Source: Gammaproteobacteria bacterium (GTDB taxonomy: Bacteria > Pseudomonadota > Gammaproteobacteria > Eutrophobiales > Eutrophobiaceae). Taken from it: DNA of 64,000 nt. How positions within the stretch are numbered: position 1 is the first letter of the stretch; each line of letters opens with the position of its first letter. The stretch spans positions 3,006,093-3,070,092 of the forward strand of contig OZ241347.1 of NCBI GenBank assembly GCA_965200295.1, read 5' to 3'. Positions 59,984 to 64,000 of the stretch are shown here, piece after piece. The position numbers and the translations under genes are program-made. Below the pieces are notes generated by a model. It was not told where the DNA came from and searched no databases. It saw nothing but the letters and a program-made list of their open reading frames with translations.

Positions 59984-61417
59984 TCACCCGCGTTGGGCAA
60001 GCAAGGGCGCCGTCAACGGCCAGGGTGCGGCCTGTTCCAGCTGCCGGGCCAGTTGTAGCAGCGTGGTCTCAGCGCCATAGCGCCCGACAAATTGCACCCC
60101 CAACGGCAGATCGGCGGCGCTGCGCTGTAACGGCAGCGAGACTGCCGGTTGGCCGGTCATGTTGAACAACGGCGTAAACGGGCAGAATTCAAAAATACGG
60201 CTCGACCATGCTCTTGCATCGAGGCTGGGATCATTGGCATTGATGACACCCAGCGGCAGCGGCGGTTGCGCCATGGTAGGCGTCAGCAGAATGTCGTATT
60301 CCTGGAAGAAGCGACCAATATTGCGGCATATCTGATTGGCGATGATCTGCGCCCTGAGCAAGGTTTCTGCCTTAACCTGCTTGCCTTCGCGATAACAGGC
60401 AAGGGTGGTGGCCTCAAGATGCTCCTCATCCGCCGGCCGGCCGCTGAGCATTACCGCATAATCTATGAACACGGCCAGGTTGGCGATCCAGAGGATGACC
60501 GTTGCCTCCAGGAACTGTTCCCAGTCGAGTTCAGGGCTGGCCTCGACAACATGGTGCCCCAAATCTGCGCAGAGTTGCGCAGTCTGCGGGATCGTGTTTT
60601 TGACCTGTGCGTCAACATGCACGCCCGACCAGGCTTCGCTCATACAGGCTATTTTCAGTGCGCCGGGGTCTTTTTGCGCGCTGCTGGCATAGGGCTCGCC
60701 GGGGCTCGGAATCTCGAAAGGATCGCCAATGCCGGGCCCGTTGACGGCATCGAGCAAGGCTGCCGCGTCCCTGACTGTTCTGGTTACGGCAAATTCCACC
60801 GCCAGCCCGCTCAACAACTCGGCGTTGTCAGGCCCGACCGGCACCCTGCCCCGCGTCGGTTTCAGGCCGACCAAGCCGCAGCAGGAGGCAGGGATACGGA
60901 TGGACCCGCCGCCGTCATTGGCGTGGGCAAACGGGACGATACCTGCCGCAACCGATGCAGCCGTGGCGCCGCTGGAACCGCCCGGCGTCCTGGTCAGGTC
61001 CCAGGGATTGCGCGAGGGACCGTTGACCAAAGATTCGGTCGTTATGCAATAACCAAACTCCGGGATGGCTGCCCGACCTATGGTGCGCAAGCCGGCGCGA
61101 CGGAAACGCTGCATCAGGTCGGTGTCATGTTGCGCCCGGATGCCCAGAGACAGCCTGCTGCACATTTCATTCAACACGCCCTCGGCATGCAGCGCAAGGT
61201 CCTTGATTAAGAAAGGCACACCGAAGAAAGGCGCATCAGCACGCTGCGTGCCTGCCAGGGGTTCGGGAAAAAGTTCGACGATAGTATTGATCTGCGGGTT
61301 CAGCAACTCCGCCATACCCAGAGCACAGTCCAGCGCTTCGGCCTGACTGATCTCCCCGTTGCGAATCAACTCAGCCAGACCGAGCCCATCATGGGAAATA
61401 TATTCTGTCGGTTTCAT
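59984..61417 (-). CDS. Amidase (amidase-signature family)
   Basis: 'GGSSGATAASVAAGIVPFAHANDGGGSIRIPASCCGLVGLKPTRGRV' is the amidase-signature sequence with the Ser-cisSer-Lys triad. 477 aa. Confidence 0.85.
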   Translation of the reverse strand: MKPTEYISHDGLGLAELIRNGEISQAEALDCALGMAELLNPQINTIVELFPEPLAGTQRADAPFFGVPFLIKDLALHAEGVLNEMCSRLSLGIRAQHDTDLMQRFRRAGLRTIGRAAIPEFGYCITTESLVNGPSRNPWDLTRTPGGSSGATAASVAAGIVPFAHANDGGGSIRIPASCCGLVGLKPTRGRVPVGPDNAELLSGLAVEFAVTRTVRDAAALLDAVNGPGIGDPFEIPSPGEPYASSAQKDPGALKIACMSEAWSGVHVDAQVKNTIPQTAQLCADLGHHVVEASPELDWEQFLEATVILWIANLAVFIDYAVMLSGRPADEEHLEATTLACYREGKQVKAETLLRAQIIANQICRNIGRFFQEYDILLTPTMAQPPLPLGVINANDPSLDARAWSSRIFEFCPFTPLFNMTGQPAVSLPLQRSAADLPLGVQFVGRYGAETTLLQLARQLEQAAPWPLTAPLLAQRG

Positions 61418-61452
61418 TTAATTTCAGCGATTTCCGCATGTAACGAGTTATG

Positions 61453-61478
61453 GGAACCTCTAAAAATTAGAGGTGGCC
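61453..61478. terminator. Isolated terminal hairpin module of the composite repeat, acting as a terminator-like stem-loop between the HDAC-like gene and the amidase gene
   Basis: 'ggaacctctaaaaattagaggtggcc' has a perfect 9-bp stem. It abuts the stop of 61478..62575. Confidence 0.5.
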
Positions 61479-62575
61479 TAAAGCCTTTTCAGCAACGGCT
61501 CAACCTGCTTGAGCAACGCGTCCTGGTGCGGCTGCAACGGGTGGCCGCCCAGGCCTGCGAGCACCGGCTCGAAGGGGTCTTCCACGCCGGTGTTGATGCC
61601 GGACAACTGTTCCAGCACCGCCAGACCGAAAAACGGTACCGTGTGGCCGCTGTAGCCGCCTTCGTGGCACAGCGCCAGGCGGCCGCCGCAGACTTCATCC
61701 GCAACCTGCATCATCTTTGCCGTCAGGCTGCGGTAGGCGCCGCTGGTCAACATCTGCCGGCCCAGCGGGTCGTGCGCGCCGGCATCGAAACCGGACGGGA
61801 TGATGATGAAATCGGGCCGGTATTTTTGCAGCGCGGGGATAACGATGCGATCAAACGCAGCTTGATATGCGCCTGTGCCCGAACCGGGCGGCAACGGCAC
61901 ATTGATGTTATAGCCGGCGCCGGCGCCCTCCCCGGTCTCACTGATATGGCCGGAATCAGGCGGAAAGCAGTTGTCCTGGTGTATTGATATGGTCAGCGCG
62001 GCAGGGTTGTCCAAGAACGCGGCCTGGGTGCCGTTGCCGTGGTGCACATCCCAGTCCACGATGGCAATGCGATCGAGCTTGCGCGCGGCCAGCAGGTGCA
62101 GCCCGGCAAGCGCGGCATTGCCGAAGATACAAAACCCCATGCCCATATCGGGCAAGGCATGGTGTCCCGGCGGGCGTATCAGGGCGTAGGCATTGTCCAC
62201 CTTGCCGTCCAGCACTGCATCCACCGCCTCGATCACCCCGCCGACAGAGAGGCGGGCGATCTCGAAACTGCCGCGTCCCATCGCCGTAAAAAAACCCGTC
62301 TCCGACAGATACTGGTCATTCTGCGCCTTGACCTTCTGATAATGATCAACCGTATGAAACCGGCAGATCTCCTCTTGTGTCGCCTCCCGCGGCTCGATAT
62401 GCACCAGGTCCTTGAGGATGCCGCTGACGTCCAGCAGGTTACGAATACGCCGCTTGGTTTCCTGATGCTCGGCATGGATATAAGGCTGCACCGGGTTGCC
62501 GAACGGCATCATCGCGGCAAAATTGCCGTTCTCATGCCACATATACAGTTCGTGATAGACAAAACCTGTTGTCAT
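61478..62575 (-). CDS. Histone deacetylase-family amidohydrolase (acetoin utilisation/acetylpolyamine amidohydrolase-like)
   Basis: 'IRPPGHHA' and 'IVDWDVHHGNGTQ' zinc-binding HDAC motifs. 365 aa. Confidence 0.8.
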   Translation of the reverse strand: MTTGFVYHELYMWHENGNFAAMMPFGNPVQPYIHAEHQETKRRIRNLLDVSGILKDLVHIEPREATQEEICRFHTVDHYQKVKAQNDQYLSETGFFTAMGRGSFEIARLSVGGVIEAVDAVLDGKVDNAYALIRPPGHHALPDMGMGFCIFGNAALAGLHLLAARKLDRIAIVDWDVHHGNGTQAAFLDNPAALTISIHQDNCFPPDSGHISETGEGAGAGYNINVPLPPGSGTGAYQAAFDRIVIPALQKYRPDFIIIPSGFDAGAHDPLGRQMLTSGAYRSLTAKMMQVADEVCGGRLALCHEGGYSGHTVPFFGLAVLEQLSGINTGVEDPFEPVLAGLGGHPLQPHQDALLKQVEPLLKRL

Positions 62576-62648
62576 AACGGTCTCCTTAACATTTGAAAAA
62601 TCGGGTATAATATATCAGGTCTGTTACGCTACTACCGAGATCCGAATC

Positions 62649-63809
62649 ATGCTGAAACAATTCCTGCGATTTGTGCTGTTGCTGGGTATGACATATACCG
62701 CCTTGGCAGAGTTGCCGAATGACGAGCTGGGCCAGGTGCAAACCCTGCCCTTGCCCTACCCGGACGACTGGGTCATTGTGCATGATGCAGCCTTTGACCA
62801 CATGTCCCTGGGCCGGTTTATCGTGCTGGATACCAACGGCGGTGAGCTCAAGGACTATTTCAAGGGCACCTTCAACGGTGGTTTTATTGCGGCCTTCACC
62901 CAGGCGCTGAACAAGCCGGAGCTGTATGTGCTGGAGCATTATTACGATCGCGGCACGCGCGGCAACCGCACCGATGTGCTGACCATCTACGACAAGGCCA
63001 CCCTGCTGCCCATCGATGAGATCATCCTGGATGACCCCAAACTCAAACGCGCGGAAATACTGGTCAGCAAGTTTATCATCTCCCTCATCGACGACGAAAA
63101 GTTCCTGTTGTTTTTCAGTTTTACGCCCGGCACCTTTGTGACCGTGGTTGACCTGGAACAGCGTAAGGTTGTGAACGGGGTGCAGTTGCCGACCTGCGCC
63201 GGCATCTACCCCACCGGCCAGCGCGGCTTCAGTTCCCTGTGCGGTAACGGTTCCATGGTCAGCTTCCAGCTTGATGAGAACGGCCAGGTCACGGAGCAGA
63301 ACCAGAGCGAGCCGTTCTTCGATGTGGACGAGGACGCCTTGTTCGAGCGCCCTGCAATCATCGACGGCACGGGTTATTTCCCCAGCTACCAGGGCCAGGT
63401 GCAGGAAATTGACTTAACCGGCGCCGTGGCCACTCTAGGCGAACAATGGAGCCTGTTAAACGAAGAAGACAAGGCGCAGAACTGGCGTCCCGGCGGCGCC
63501 TGGCTGGCGGCGACGGACAGCGCCGGGCGTCTGTACGTGCTGATGCACCCGGATGGCGGAGAAGGCTCCCACGATGACCCCGGTACGGAGATCTGGGTAT
63601 TCGACACTGCCACAAAAACCCGGGTACAACGTATTGCGCTGGCGCTGCCCGCCATTGCTTTCGATATCACCATGGGTGATGCGCCCAGGATCGTAACCAC
63701 CAATATTGAGATGAACCTGGAAGTCTATGACGCCCGCTCCGGCGCGCAACTCAACACCATTGCCGATTTCTACCATAACTGGCCGTTGCTGGTGTATGCC
63801 TCACAATAA
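62649..63809 (+). CDS. mauB: Amine (methylamine/aralkylamine) dehydrogenase heavy chain, a 7-bladed beta-propeller
   Basis: Signal peptide. 'YVLEHYYDRGTRGNRTDVLTIYDKATLLPIDEIILDDP', 'NWRPGGAWLAATDSAGRLYVLMH' and 'EIWVFDTATKTRV' are collinear with Paracoccus/Methylobacterium MauB. Confidence 0.75.
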   Translation: MLKQFLRFVLLLGMTYTALAELPNDELGQVQTLPLPYPDDWVIVHDAAFDHMSLGRFIVLDTNGGELKDYFKGTFNGGFIAAFTQALNKPELYVLEHYYDRGTRGNRTDVLTIYDKATLLPIDEIILDDPKLKRAEILVSKFIISLIDDEKFLLFFSFTPGTFVTVVDLEQRKVVNGVQLPTCAGIYPTGQRGFSSLCGNGSMVSFQLDENGQVTEQNQSEPFFDVDEDALFERPAIIDGTGYFPSYQGQVQEIDLTGAVATLGEQWSLLNEEDKAQNWRPGGAWLAATDSAGRLYVLMHPDGGEGSHDDPGTEIWVFDTATKTRVQRIALALPAIAFDITMGDAPRIVTTNIEMNLEVYDARSGAQLNTIADFYHNWPLLVYASQ

Positions 63810-63810
63810 G

Positions 63811-63890
63811 GCGCCTCTAAAAGCTGGAGGCGCCTTTGCAACATTAATGGATATGTTGCTATTTTTAAGCACGTCAGTGCTTGAAAATGT
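63811..63890. repeat. Partial, opposite-orientation copy of the composite repeat, between the dehydrogenase heavy- and light-chain genes
   Basis: 'ggcgcctctaaaagctggaggcgcc...gcaacattaatggatatgttgc...aagcacgtcagtgctt'. Confidence 0.65.
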
Positions 63891-63919
63891 TCCTGATAAC
63901 GATCAACGGGAGACAAGCA

Positions 63920-64000
63920 CATGAACTGGTTTGACAAACTGACGGAAAACGTTTCCAGAAACGTGGCCAAGACCTCCTCACGCAGAGGGTTTCTCGGCGG
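63920..64000 (+). CDS. mauA: Amine dehydrogenase light chain precursor, N-terminal part (Tat-type leader). Continues past the window end
   Basis: 'MNWFDKLTENVSRNVAKTSSRRGFLG' matches the MauA pre-sequence pattern (FDD..EK.SR.VA..TSRRG). Confidence 0.5.

Overview
This window is GC-rich and looks gammaproteobacterial, with a type II secretion system (T2SS), mutH, actP-yjcH and amine dehydrogenase genes. A roughly 31 kb accessory island (about 6.65-38.0 kb), made mostly of an RHS/YD-repeat polymorphic-toxin locus, splits the T2SS locus. gspG(partial)-H-I-J-K-L-M-N/C-like-E lie on one side of the island and gspF-gspD on the other. The island contains a hicB-hicA pair, RHS pseudo-fragments, and a minus-strand RHS locus. 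The main RHS gene encodes a 3614-aa protein with a Sec signal peptide, Ig/FN3-like tandem repeats, an SpvB-like domain, an FG-GAP beta-propeller, RHS repeats and a C-terminal GH24 lysozyme tip. It is followed by a signal-peptide immunity gene. Downstream sit at least five orphan RHS cassettes, three of them N-truncated and 95-99% identical to the main gene over kilobases. Their C-terminal tips differ: a zinc-peptidase M15-like tip, two paralogous tips with an 'HNNxGDAxRH' motif, and two unknown tips. Each is followed by a low-GC immunity gene encoding a signal peptide or lipoprotein. An IS256-family insertion sequence disrupts one tip. Downstream of the island are an AAA+ ATPase with a truncated paralog, an ISAs1-family transposase, mutH, dusA, fkpA, prc, hemW, an RdhA/QueG-like Fe-S protein, actP-yjcH, an orphan XRE antitoxin, a second hicB-hicA pair, a low-molecular-weight protein tyrosine phosphatase, a NUDIX/MBL protein, an amidase, an HDAC-like amidohydrolase, and amine dehydrogenase heavy and light chains (light chain partial). 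A modular composite palindromic repeat of up to about 150 bp (five hairpin modules; at least nine full or partial copies) occupies intergenic gaps, including gaps inside the gsp gene runs. I saw no CRISPR array, rRNA or tRNA.
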